Assembly: GCF_001447785.1 (NCBI RefSeq) | Contig: NW_015161420.1 | Span: 117,730-181,729, forward strand | Source of the DNA: Gekko japonicus | Taxonomy: Eukaryota | Reading direction: 5' to 3' | Length of the DNA: 64,000 nt | Part shown: in pieces, positions 11,286 through 23,082 of the stretch | Layout: each line of letters begins with the position of its first letter | How positions within the stretch are numbered: position 1 is the first letter of the stretch | The notes under the pieces: generated by a model | What the model was told of the DNA's origin: nothing | Database searches by the model: none | Seen by the model: the letters and a program-made list of their open reading frames with translations, nothing else | Position numbers and translations under genes: made by a program

Positions 11286-14200
11286 TCCTCCTGTGTCCAC
11301 AATTAATGAGATAGGTCACTATTACTCTTATGTTGAAGTCATGGAACATCATTAAAGTGACAGTTCTGTTGCTGATCTAGCTTTGCTACCCTGTTCGTTC
11401 CATCCTCTTCTTCCCTATCTGAAAACAGTATCATAGTATCACTTGCCCTGTATCCACAGGTCAGGAAGGAAATAGATGCACACTGACACACATCTGATCT
11501 GTCTGGTGACCTGCTTCCATGTTAAAGCAGAATTGTCAAGGTTTGTTTGCAGATGTGCTGGCCCACAGATACAATTAAGGCACAAATGTATGTGCAGAGA
11601 TAAACTTTCCCTTGACAATATTGCTAAGGACTGAAAGAGATATGGAGATCCATGATCAGATTGCTCAGGGTTTTTTTAACTTAACAGCAGCAGCAGGTTT
11701 GGATTGAAGCACCCACTCTGAGCAAGGGAGTGTTTAATCCCCCCCACACACACACTGTTTTCCCAACCTAAATTGCTGTCCCAAAGCTGCTCACAGTTAC
11801 CGAGTGCCCTTTCCACACAGGTTATCTGTCCCAGATTCAACACTTCTGGGAAGTCCTCCCCTGCATTCCCACTGCATCATAGTGCATCTACGCATCTCCC
11901 AGGTTTTCCCTAGCTTCTCCCCAATATCTTCCAAACCTGCTTTGCTTTGGGAAAGGTTGCAACAAAGCCTGGATGGCTGCCATGTAGATGGGGAAGTTTA
12001 GATTTTTCCAGGCTGCCCACATGGCAGCTGTTTCCCCTGTCCCTCTGACAGCCTCCTCCCTCTGCCCCACGCCACAGGGTAAGCTTTTTAAAAAACAGGC
12101 AACTGCATATCATTGTGCTGTCACAACATTAGGTATGTTTTGTCCTTAGTAATAGTAAAATAATAAATGGAAGAAATCCTGCATCACGTCTATTTTGCAC
12201 TTTTTATTCATTATGAATAAGGGGCTAGATACAACCAGCTTTTCCCAGGCTCCCCCCCCCCCCAATATCTCGGGTTGCCAATTTTGGCTTGGAAATCCTA
12301 CTGAAAATCTGGGGGCTGTGCTTAGGGAGGCCTGAGTTTGGGGAGGGAGCTCAGCAGAGATGTGATGCCACAGAATCCATCCTCCACAGCTGCCATTTCT
12401 GTAGTCTGGAGATCAGTTATAATTCCAGGGGTAATTTCGTAGAAAAAGAGCTAGGGGAACTCATTAGCATAACTCATTAGCATATGCCACACCCCCTGAC
12501 ATCAGGGGCCCGGCAGTGGACCTGCAAGGCCAGCGGGAGTGCGAGGAAGCCCCGCGAAGGCCCTCCCTGGCCCCAGGCAGGCAGGGGTGGGGAGAGGCAG
12601 GGAGGAAGCAACTTACCCTCCCTCTTCTCCGGCCTCCTCCTGGCTGAATGAGGGCTGGAAGCGGGGCGGCCGGAAGCAGGGGGCGGGGCTTTGTCATGTG
12701 CCCCGCCCCTCTGCACCTCACCCGGGGGAACTTCGTTCCCCCGCGTTCCCCCCCGAAATGACCTCTATAATTCTAACAGCTGTCATCATATATGTACGAC
12801 TTTTGTCCACGCAGGCCTCACGATCCCTCATATGGTCTTTTGGGGTGGTCAAAGAGGACCCCTGCTGGTTTTTTTACCAGCAGCAAACCAGGTTCGATCC
12901 AACCCGAGTACTTGACAGAAAGAATATCATTTCAGTCACTGTGGTCCCAATCCTACATCCTGACATTAGAAGTCCATTATTCAAATGTCACTATATATAA
13001 CTTCAGGTCAGCTATAATTTATGTAAACTTTGAGACTGTCCATCAAATAAAGGCCGAGAGACAGTGTAGTAGGGTTGCCAACCTCAAGGTAGGGGCTGGA
13101 GATCTTCTGCTATTATAACTGATCTCCAGGTGAGAGAGATCAGTTCACCTGGAGAAAAAGGCCGCTTTGGAGGGTAGACTCTATCAGACTATATCCCATT
13201 GAAGCCCTCCCCTCCCCACACCCCTCCCTCTTTAGGCTCCAATCTCAAAATCTCCAGGTATTTCCCAACCCAGAGCTTGCAATCCCACAATATAGGAATA
13301 TTTTGATGAACACTGTCCTACTGCTAGCTGACAATAAAGCATTACTGTTTCTACAATAATATGTTTAAGGTATCATATTTTTTCTAATTTGATAAGAATG
13401 TTTGGCTTTATACTGGGGAAAAGCATTTACAATACAACTTGAAATAATTTGCAATTTGTCTTGGTTTAACAGCAGATTTGCTAAAGGCAGGAAAATAAGT
13501 TAATGCTTTAAAAAGAATGATGCTTTTGTAGTAAGTAATCCAGCATGTCAGCTGAATAAATAGTAGAACTAAAGCTTCTTCATAGTTGGCTCTTCCTAAA
13601 TTCATTTATAATCAGAAGAAGGCCTTTCAAATCCAAACATCTACAACGTTTCTAGAAATGTATTACTTCAAAAGTACCTCTGAGAATTTGATTTTCGAGA
13701 CTGGTGTTGAGGAAGACACAGGTTAATTGTTAATGTTATAAGGATTTCACCAAGCTCTTGTGAACTGTGATCATAGCTTGGGCAGTAATTTTGGTTCACA
13801 AGATAGTGGTGATGGTAAGCTTGATTTTGCCCCCTCCTGTCTTACTTTATAGCAGATGGAACAAAGAGTACCAGTTTTGGTTTATATGCCTACATATTTC
13901 CTGTTTTGAAGTTAATTTCAGTTCTGGAATTTATGGAACAATCTTAATTTCACAGTTACTTGCAACTCAAGATGGGTGTTTTGTAATCATGTGTCTAGTA
14001 ATTCCCACCCTGTGCATTATATAAATATGCATCCTCCATTGTAAAAATTAAGCCAGTGTAAACACCAGTCTTAGAATTTTGTTCTGATCTTGCATTCATT
14101 ACGTAAGAGTTTCACTGTGGGATGTTTAATACAGTTCAGAGTGTACCAGTGTATTCTGTGTGTTGTACCAAGATGACCCACAGCTACCACTGGGAGGTCA

Positions 14201-15562
14201 GAACACTTGTTTGTGCTTGTTGTCTTTCTCTCCTACTGTCAGTTCTGTAAACACTGGCAAGAGTTTAGAATGCGGTCAGTCAATAAGACATGCTTGCTTG
14301 CATAACTGTTTTTTAATAACGTTATGATCTCCCCATCAACACACAGAGAAAAAAAGCACACGAAGAAATATACTGCTTGCTACACTGAAGAGCAAAAACC
14401 AGAATGGAAGTAACATGGTAGCTGCAAGAACAGTCTCCTGATTATTATTTTTTTCCAGATTAAAAAAAAAAAAACCAGCTGATAGAGGCTGAGAAGAGAA
14501 ATAGTGTGTCTGTGTGGGGCAAAGGGACCGGTTGCTTAATCCCTTCTCTTTGCACAATTTGTCTCCTGAAAATTCTCCCTTCCTTCGGATACTTTTCTTT
14601 CCACAAGAGAAAAGATGAAATGATATAGGGTCCCTGTACATTTTCCCACATACAGAAACAGATTGTTCCATGATTTTGATCAGATAAATGGCAGGAAGGA
14701 AAAAAGCCAAAACCATCACACCATACCACGCCCCCCCCTCCCCCGAGTTCTTCATGTCTTGACTGCAGCCTCTGAGGCTACTTTCCATTTTTTTAAAAAA
14801 CAACTGTTGTGTGGCCTTCAGGCTCTTGTTGAACCTGGAAGAAAACACCCTGAATGCCTAAGTGTGAGGTTCCTTTGACAGAAAAAGATCAAAAGCAGAT
14901 AAATATCAAAACTGCAGCATTTCTAATTACAGAAGGATACTTATTTTATTTCATTCTTTTTATACTTTGGCATACATTCCTGCCAGGTGTGGCATACTTG
15001 TCTTCGCCTGTGGTACTTCCATTTTTCCTGTTGAAGTACTCCGCCAGGAGCAGGTAGGTGTAATGTGGACATGTTGTGTTTCCTGCATCACACACTGATA
15101 ACGAGAACTTAAGTCATATGACAAATCCCAGATCTCACCTTTGGGTTACTTGTGCTGAAAGAGCAATTTTATCTGAGTTCATCCTCAACAGTTTCTGTGA
15201 GAAAGAACAGAAAATATAAAAGAAGCTGGCTGGTGCAATTGCTACACAAGGATAAGCAATTGTGCAATTCTAGCCATAGATTAAAAGGTGGTGAGGAAGT
15301 ACTTGGCAGGATGACTAAAACCAGTCTTGGATCCTTGCAGGCAGCCCAGTTGCTCCAGAACTTTATTTGTTTAGTTCATTTACATGTCCACCTTTCTGTC
15401 TAATAGCAGAATCCAAGGGTGTCTACAAAAAAAGTAATTAAAAATAGAGCAAAAATACTAACACAAACAAAGCTTTAAAGTAGCAGCCCAGTCATATCAG
15501 CTAGAGAAGTAAACAGCCCTTAAAACAGGGGGTGAAAACACCTATAATAAATATCAGTAACA

Positions 15563-15872
15563 CCAGGGCTTTTTTTTGTAGAAAAAGCCCAGCAGAAACT
15601 CATTAGCATATTAGACCACACCCCTGACAACACAGCTCATTATCATATTAAGCCACACCCCCATGCCTTCCCTTGGGGAGCCCCCCCTTGATGGGAAGGC
15701 AGTTTAAATGCCTCCCCTGGCCTGCCCGCCTTGGAGTCGCCGGGTGTGTGTATCACTCTCCAGGTCTTCCCTCTGTAGCCACGCACGCAGAGGTTTTGGC
15801 TGTAGTGGGCGTGGCCAACTCTGAAGCCAGCCGGAAATCTTCCTGTGTGTTCCTGCCCAAAAATAGCTCTGA
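15563..15872. mobile_element. hAT-like MITE, CAGGGCTTTTTT family
   Basis: CCAGGGCTTTTTTTTGTAGAAAAAGCCCAGCAG...TGTGTTCCTGCCCAAAAATAGCTCTG; homologous to 2228-2640. Confidence 0.7.
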
Positions 15873-16069
15873 GTAACACAATAAAGACCTGAGGACAGCT
15901 GCTAACGACAGAACATTTTGGAGAATGTTAATTCATCGGATGCAACTTGATGACACTTAACACACACAACAACAACCCAGTGAGGTAGGCTGAGTCTCTG
16001 TAATTGGCTCAAGGTTACCCAGCAAGCTTCCATGGCAGAGTGGGGATTCAAACCCTCCAAGAAACGTTA

Positions 16070-16347
16070 AGAAGAAGAGGAAGAGATTGGATTTATATCC
16101 CACCCTTCACTCAGAGTCTCAGAGTGGCTTACAAACTCCTTTCCCTTCCCCTCCCCACAACAGACACCCTGTGAGGTAGGTGGGGCTGAGAGAGCTCTTT
16201 CCAGAACTGCCCTTTCAAGGACAGCTCTTGTCAGAACTACGGCTTGCCCAAGGTCATCCAGCAGCTGCAAGTGGAGGAGTGGGGAATCAAACTTGGTTCT
16301 CCCAGATTAGAGTCCGTGCACTTAACCACAACACCAAACTGGCTCTC
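16070..16347 (-). mobile_element. Gecko-type tRNA-derived SINE (Squam3C-like)
   Basis: (GAA)n tail, GGATTTATATCCCACCC...CAGACACCCTGTGAGGTAGGTGGGGCTGAGAG...GGGGAATCAAAC...TTAACCACAACACCAAACTGGCTCTC (reverse A/B boxes). Confidence 0.8.
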
Positions 16348-17569
16348 TGGTTAAAACCAATCCAAGCCCATTCCACCATCCAGACCCATTCCTGCAGCCC
16401 AGAAGGATACCACAATTGAAGGTACTAAAGGCCCCAGAAAGAATCCGGAGAACCAACAAGGACACATCCCCCGTCAGTAGCCTGGTGTAGTTCATCTCAC
16501 AGGGCAAGCAATGTGTTATCTGCACCATGATCAAGCCTGAAGCCATATTGAAAGGGATCCAGACAATCAGTGTCAACCAAGAAGACCTGGACAGCTCCAT
16601 GTGAATTCAGTGATGATGGAAAAGCACAGTTTCTTAATTTCCATCACTACCACAGAGCGGGATCTAAAACAGACCTCTAGCTTGTCGGTCGGTTGGCCGC
16701 AGACCAAGTCTTCCACTGTTGCCGCTCTAAATAACATATGTAAGTGCTTCAGTATCTTCAGGTCTTCAAAGAACCAAGGGGCTAAATGAGAATCAGCATG
16801 CAAGAATGGCTACTTAGGAGCAGTTGTATGTATTGTACCTGCAGTCTCCTGATTCCAGAGGCCTACCAGCTCCCCAGAAAAACTATCTGCAGTGCAGCAG
16901 GAAACTTCCCCAGAGCTGCCTGGCAGCCTTAAAGATCCAAGGTAGGGGGGACATTTGAATTGCCCACCCCAATGTGGGAGCTCTGAATCACCAGAGGTCT
17001 AAACCCCCATCAGTAAGGATCTGCCCATGACGGTTATCTTAATCTCCTTCATCACCCGGATTAGATGAGTCACACCTGCACAGAGCACCAAATCCAGGGT
17101 ATCAGCAGTCAACTATACGCATGGGACCAGATATTACCCGACACAGCTCCATCACTGTGACAGTAGCTATGAAGTTCTAAGCAGTTTTACTTATTTATTA
17201 AAACATTTATATCCCACGTTTGGTTTGAGGTGGGTTATAATAGATGTTGTAGAGGCTGTAGCCTCAGCATGGATATTAATACTCAAACAAAACAAAGAGC
17301 CAGAAAGCAACCAAGAGCAAGACTAGACCACTCAGTTCAGGGAAAGAGAGTGTTACATAAAAAACAACAACAACAGGGATCTTGTGGCACTTTAAAGACT
17401 AATAACTTCTATTCCAGCAGAAATATTTGGGCTGGAGCCCAGTTCTTCACATGCCATGAGTGGATCCTCAACTCTGCAGTCATTTGAGGTAGGGGGGATT
17501 AAAAATAAACAGCAGGATCAAGAGGCCTTAAAAAGCATGCAATACAGCAGAGTTCCCCAGTGTGGAAGA

Positions 17570-17652
17570 GAGGAGATTGGAAACTGAGATGAGCACCGCA
17601 ACCCTAGAGTCGGACTCAACTGGCTTTCGAGCAAGGGAACCTTTACCTATAC
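17570..17652 (+). mobile_element. Sauria SINE 3' fragment
   Basis: Reverse complement of the tail end of the full copies at 18544 and 26094, ending ACCTTTACC. Confidence 0.8.
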
Positions 17653-18543
17653 CTATATGGGGTCAAAGCTGGACAGGTTTGTGGCAGGATGTTGTCCCTG
17701 GATTTGTGTGTTAGGTAGCCCAAGGAAAGAGATGAAGAAAAAACAATGGTGCAGTGGGAAGACATTTTCACATAAAGCTTCCTCAGGGGGGTTTACATAT
17801 GTAAAGGAATGAAAGGGAAAACAAAAAAAGGGGTGACAAACATCTTTTCACTGTTTCTCCTAATTATTTGCTAAAATATATTATTTATTTATTTATCAAA
17901 TATCAAACCAATAATAAAAATGTGTTAAAAAAGATAGAACTTCTAAGCATGTACATTAATTATCAAGAGCCACCAAAACACTACTAGGAACTTAGAATAA
18001 TGTTACAACGATTATTGCAGACACATAAAAATAAGAGAGCTCCTAAGCTATTAATTTCAAAAATTATTTCATAGAATAAATAAACCCTTTTTAAACCAAA
18101 ATCAGTACTGACCTGTAGAATATAAATGCAACAGCACTCCCACTAAACCAGCTTTGAAGAAAAATGCACTGTTCTCATCCTGTATTTATCTGAGTCAATG
18201 CCAGCCAGGAAATGTTTTCAGAATCAAGCTTGGTACCACATGGGTTGAATGCATTGTGTGATATGATCAGGGTGGTAGTTGGAAGTATGTTGAACTGTGT
18301 AATGGTTGATGGTCTTCAGTATAAGGTAGAGCTTATTTCTATCACTCTGAGGATACCGCTGTACAGTGGTATCCAGAAAATCGACCTTAGATTCTGGTTG
18401 ATTGTGGGACAGAAGCTGCTTAAGCTTAAATTATCCATATCTAGAAAAGCTTATTTTTGTTTTCCTATGTTTATGTGTGCAGAAATTGAGGTACCTAACT
18501 CAGTCATACCTTTTATTGGCATACTCAGACATAGTACAAGATA

Positions 18544-18891
18544 AAGGTAAAGGTTCCTTTGCTCGAAAGCCAGTTGAATCTGACTCTAGGGTTGCAGTGC
18601 TCATCTCCGTTTCAAAGCCGAAGAGCCAGCGCTGTCCAAAGATGTTTCCGTGGTCATGTGGCCGGCATGACTAAACACCAAGGCACACGGAATGCTGTTA
18701 CCTTCCCACCAAAGTGGTACCTATTTATCTACTTGCAATTTCTTGCTTTCGAACTGCTAGGTTGGCAGGAGCTGGAACTAGAGATGGGAGCTCACTCCAT
18801 CATGCGACACCCGGGTCTCGAACTGCTGAACTACTGACCTTCCAACAGCCTGCAGTTCAGCGTCTTAACCACTTGAGCCAGCGCAGCTCCT
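18544..18891 (-). mobile_element. Full-length Sauria SINE
   Basis: (AAAGGT)n tail; body GTGGTCATGTGGCCGGCATGACT...GTTACCTTCCCACC...GGTACCTATTTATCTACTTGC; 13-bp TSD ATAGTACAAGATA (18531-18543, 18892-18904). Confidence 0.9.
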
Positions 18892-19739
18892 ATAGTACAA
18901 GATAGGAACAAACAAAATATAGAGTTCAAGATTAAGAACAAATATATATAAAATTCATAAATTTTAATAGACTCCTCCAGGAATTTACTAGCAGCCTTGT
19001 CATTTCTATTAGGTACCTAACTATAAACTGAGCTGCTAGCCTTCTCCTCTTAGTAGTTGTATATGAGAAGGCAGCTGTCTTGCAAGAAAGCCCTATTCTT
19101 TCCTGCAGGCTTAACCTTAATTTTATGTATTTATTTATAAATTTGACTTATAGACTGCCTTCCCTTGCATACAAGGCCGAGGACTCCTTAGGAAAGACTC
19201 ACAGACGTATGCCACAGAGGAGAGCTGGTACATATATGCCAACACCCCAGAACCACAGTCTGGTATTTGATCTAGTTCAGATTTTATTGGCCCTGCAGGG
19301 GAACCTTGCCTTTGTATTTAAATTCGAAAGAGAAATGCTTCAGGCTCAGATCAACCTGGAACTTCTCTGTACAGAGCGCACACCAGAACTGTCTGCAATA
19401 TTTCAAGCACTTGTTTTGAAAGGAAAACAGTATCTTTATGCAAACAGCATCTTCGAAGCAGTCTTGTGCACAAGGCAGAAATCCAATGGGTATAGCATTT
19501 TACTGCACAGAGAAACCACTCTGAGGAAAACCCGTACCTACTGTGTTTCAACTTTCAGCTTGTCCTGCGGCTCTTATGGGCACAAACCCTCAATAAGATA
19601 AACAGAAGTCTCAAGGCATCTTCAATACTAACCAACTTTGGTTCTAGCAAACCTTAGTTCACTTCGTCGGGCACAAATAAAAAGAACATGTAGAAAAGTT
19701 AAATCAAAGCAAGCAGCAGCCTTCATTAAACAATTACAT

Positions 19740-19915
19740 ATGCCGTTAAGTCGCAATTGACAGCCACCGCAGGAACATGGGGTTTTCTAGGCAAGAGATA
19801 AGCCGAGGGGGTTGTCTTCCTCCTTCTTTGGTGGTCTCCCATCCAAGTACTAACCGTAGTCTGACCCTGCTTACACTTCACAGCTCTGACAAGATCAGCC
19901 TAGTCAGGGCTACAT
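19740..19915 (-). mobile_element. 5S rRNA-derived SINE (SINE3-type), diverged
   Basis: Reverse strand reads ...GATCTTGTCAGAG...AAGCAGGGTC...GGTTAGTACTTGGATGGGAGACCACC (5S internal control region); related copies at 53705-53915 and 57500-57587. Confidence 0.7.
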
Positions 19916-20321
19916 GGTCCGCTTCCAGCTACACATCGGCGAGGAGGGAAACATTCTGTCCCTGTTCTCAGAGCCACTCTTTTCCTTATTACTTCATGCA
20001 TTCGAGGCGCGAGCTGAGTCATGAATTTCTGAACACATTCCCGTGAGGAAACGGCCGCTAGCCTTCCCTCTCGCCCCCGAACAAATTTGGGGAAAGGGAA
20101 GCCCAGCTTCGGCTCGTTTCCCTAAACCCGAGCGAGCAGTTCTCGCTCATGCGCAGTCCACGCTTAGCCCCGAGGAATTTACACGCGCGTTGCGAAGGAA
20201 GCGAGTGCGCAAGGAGAGGGCGCCTTTGGTCTCTCGCTGCGAGCAAACGGCCAACCAAGCGCCTCCTTCCTTGCACGCTTGTGACGCGTGGCGCCGAGCC
20301 CCTCCTTTGGCCGAGCCCGTC

Positions 20322-20368
20322 TATAAATAGAGGGCCAGCCGCCCTTCTTCCTCTTCTTTTGCCATTTT
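20322..20368 (+). promoter_or_regulatory. AZIN1: Core promoter: TATA box, pyrimidine-rich initiator and YY1-like GCCATTTT
   Basis: TATAAATA at 20322-20329; CTCTTCTTTT ~30 nt downstream (20351-20360); GCCATTTT at 20361-20368; NRF1-like CATGCGCA (~20148) and TGACG (20282) upstream. Confidence 0.7.
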
Positions 20369-20544
20369 CTCTCGCCCTCTCGCTGCGTCTGTTCCTGTCG
20401 CCGCCTCTCTGGCCACCCGGCTGCTGCTTCTTTCCCTCCCGGCTTTTTGCGCTCTTCTTCCACGCGGTTCTTCTTCTTTTTCGTGCTTGAGTACCGCAAC
20501 TGCAGCGCAAGGTTGCGCTCTTTCCCCGGTCCAGCCCGCAGCCT

Positions 20545-20607
20545 ATGGCCCTGGAAGGCGCCGCTGCCTCCTGTATTTCTGCTGTAGGTTCCCACATCCC
20601 TCTTTAA
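20545..20607 (+). CDS. AUG uORF1, 20 codons (MALEGAAASCISAVGSHIPL*)
   Basis: Only ATG in exon 1 (cctATGg); TAA at 20605-20607, 2 nt before the uCC AUU. Translation not shown. Confidence 0.45.
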   Translation: MALEGAAASCISAVGSHIPL

Positions 20608-20609
20608 AA

Positions 20610-20663
20610 ATTCCGCCTAAAAAGAGAAGACGATTTACCAAATCTTTCGGGCCGTTGTCCCAC
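20610..20663 (+). CDS. AZIN1: AZIN1 uCC (AUU-initiated uORF), part 1: IPPKKRRRFTKSFGPLSH
   Basis: AAA-ATT-C start context; phase-0 splice to 34191 keeps the frame; matches the vertebrate AZIN1 uCC as I recall it. Confidence 0.9.
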
Positions 20664-21169
20664 GTGAGTACCCTTTTCATTATTTTTTTTTAAAAGATTG
20701 ATTGATTTCTGTTGGTGAGGATCTAATTGGGAAGGGGGCAAAGATCCCACCATTCAGCGCCGTGGATCGCCTCAGTCGCTCTAGAGGCCCCTTCCCAGAC
20801 ATTCAAAAGGAGCCCTTCGGCGCCGTTTGGAGTGGGTGATGGAAGGTGCAGGTGCCCTGGCCGTCTCCAGGCGCCGACATCAGGGCGGCGGGTACTGGGA
20901 GAGACGCCGTCTCAAAGCCGTGGGGCAACGCCGTGGAGAGTAGGAGCGCCACAAAGCTGTGCTTCGAGGAGCGCTCGATCCAGTTTGAAGGAGTTCAGAA
21001 GGTCTAGATCTACCGGATTCCTTTACACCCCCCTCTGGATATCGGGCGGGTAATGTGGGGAAGATGCTCATTGACAGAAACACCCCCCCCCCCAGGAGGT
21101 GTCTGTCGTTCTCCCGAGGGAGGAAAGCAGAAATGCCGACCTGGTGAAAGGCTGAGGGAGTCTCCAGGG

Positions 21170-21196
21170 CAGCAGCAGCAGCAGCAGCAGCAGCAG
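21170..21196 (+). repeat. (CAG)9 microsatellite in intron 1
   Basis: Direct count. Confidence 0.95.
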
Positions 21197-21430
21197 CCCT
21201 TCCGCCCGGTCCCTACAGCGGCGCTGCGGAACGCAGAATGGTGGCGCGGCGTGTGCTCGGCGGTGTCAGGCTCCCCTCAGCACCCATGGCCGCGGGTCCC
21301 TCCTCTCCTCTGAGCGGCCAAGGACGGGTCCTGAGCCTCCTCCCGAGCAGGTCCATGGGGGCGTGTGTGTGTGTGTCTGCGGGTGAGGCAAGAAAAAGGG
21401 GCAGGAGGGGGGGGTAGGCGCTTCGGTTCT

Positions 21431-21622
21431 AACATGGCGGACGCTCGCGTGTGCGAGGAAAGGGGGCTGCCGTGACGAGAGGCCGGCGCTTCTGCCCCTT
21501 CGTGTGTTTGATACATTGGGGGGGGGGACGGATATATGGGTGGGGGGATGGAGGGGGGAAGAGCCAAGCGCTTCCCAGGGAGAGCATGGCGGAGGGGCTC
21601 GGCGTCTGCTCCAACATGGCGG
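21431..21622 (+). promoter_or_regulatory. Cluster of three YY1-type motifs (A[A/G]CATGGCGG)
   Basis: At 21431-21440, 21583-21592 and 21613-21622, all in the same orientation inside the CpG island. Confidence 0.55.
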
Positions 21623-22374
21623 ATTCCTGAGGAGGGGAGTGGGAGGCCGCCGCCGCCGCCGCCTGGGTGGCTGTCTCAGAACTGGGTCAGTTAGCAGCGA
21701 TAAGCCGTGAGAAGCCGCGGCAGTTAACGCGCAGTCGTTGAGAGCGGCGAGGGAGGGAGGGAGGGAGATGTGTGGCGAGCGGAAGGGCGGCAGTTTGTGG
21801 GGGAGGTGGGGAAAGCCCCCTTGACCTGTCTGGGGAGGAGCGTAGGTGGGGTGGGGTGGGGGATCTCCTTTTGATCCCATGGGGGAAATAGTCCTCCTCC
21901 CTACTGGAAGCCATCTCAGTGTCCCCCCTGACACTTGTCAGTCGCCAGCCTCGAGGGGGAAGGGCGTGTGGCAGCCGGGTCTTCCCTGGTTTCTCTTCAC
22001 CCCAGTAAGGGAAGTCTCCCTAGAGTTTGGGGAGACATGGCTCTGGGCACAGCCAGGCCTAGGATTCTGGCTGTGAGAGAGAGGAGGAGTATGGGTGACA
22101 TGTCAGAGAAGGCAGCGGCTCTCTTCCCAGGCTCCCCTCCCCTTGAGTGTGGGTGGGGTGGGGGGTAGAATTGTGTTGCCTGGTGCTCTCAAAGGGCTGT
22201 CCCTTCCCAAGAGGATTGGAGGCCTCTGAAGCTTATGTTTTGTATGTTGGGGAGGGGGGCAATGGCTCCAGCCAGGAATGGGTGATGGCTGTGCCATTTC
22301 CGTTTCCAGGTAACTCCTGTACTGAAACTGACTGGTATTGTAAAAACAACCACACACACATTCTGCTAAAAAAA

Positions 22375-22480
22375 AGGTCCAGTGGCACTTTAAAGACTAA
22401 AACACTTGTTTCAGTATAGGTTTTTGAGGGTCATACTGAAATAAATATTGTTTTTAAGGTGCCACTGGGCTTTTATTTTG
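22375..22480. mobile_element. Penelope-like terminal inverted-repeat remnant
   Basis: CCAGTGGCACTTTAAAGAC...TTTTTAAGGTGCCACTGG palindrome; same family as 48760-48917 and 52672-52800. Confidence 0.6.
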
Positions 22481-23082
22481 CTACAAAAGACTTGGCCGGT
22501 TTCAGGTTTTGCCAAGTAACATAGGAGGGACAGATGGCATCAGCAGAGGGAGTGGAAATGTGGGCCCAGGTTGCTTCACTTAGGAGAAACATGCCTGTCA
22601 TGGCTAACCGTGAAGATCCCGTACACGTTGGTTGTGCCAGAGAGTTCTTGATGATGAGGCTTGGCTACCTAAAGTGACAGCAGCTCAGCTCCCCCCCCCC
22701 CCCCAATCAAGTATATCATAAAAATTCATGCTTCTTTTCCCCTGATGTTTGGACTACACTTTAATAGTGTCATGTCAAGGAATGTAGTAAAGCAAGACCT
22801 CCTCTCCCTGTTTAATTACTTCAGTCTGCCTGGAGTGAGAAATCTATCTCCTTCCTGGTTGTGGGACACTTTCACAATATACACAATTTTAACTAACCAA
22901 AGTAAATACAGTCCCCTGGCTTGGTACAGGCAATCACCAGTGTAAGTCAGAATCTCTGCTTAGTTCCTAACCATGCTTCAAAGACTAAAGAAAATCCACC
23001 CTGATTGTGAATGACAGACTGGAGTAGGGGTCTAAAGCACGAAGCAACCAATCTGTTTTGGGATCTGAGTATGTGCTTGTGT

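Larger units (their letters stand above)
20351..20663 (+). other. AZIN1: AZIN1 exon 1 (5' leader; start approximate)
   Basis: Ends at donor CAC|GTGAGT; carries the first 18 codons of the uCC. Confidence 0.8.
20040..21800. promoter_or_regulatory. AZIN1: CpG island spanning the AZIN1 promoter, exon 1 and start of intron 1
   Basis: Sharp rise in GC and CpG content relative to the CpG-depleted flanks. Confidence 0.9.

Noticed and set aside
12464-13118. Overlapping 70-150 aa ORFs
   Set aside because: They lie in GC-rich MITE-derived sequence and have no protein motifs or splice structure.
19080-19601. 173-aa ORF upstream of the promoter (also the 170-aa ORF at 14336-14848)
   Set aside because: No recognisable homology, domain or exon-like boundaries; likely chance ORFs.
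19830-19915. 5S rRNA gene or tRNA genes at SINE heads
   Set aside because: Diverged and fused to SINE bodies and tails, so these are retroposon heads, not functional RNA genes.
20058-21934. Long ORFs in the CpG island (179, 138 and 222 aa on the minus strand; polyQ ORF 21053-21313)
   Set aside because: Low-complexity products expected from GC-rich, stop-poor sequence; no recognisable domains. A divergent lncRNA cannot be excluded but is not supported by sequence alone.
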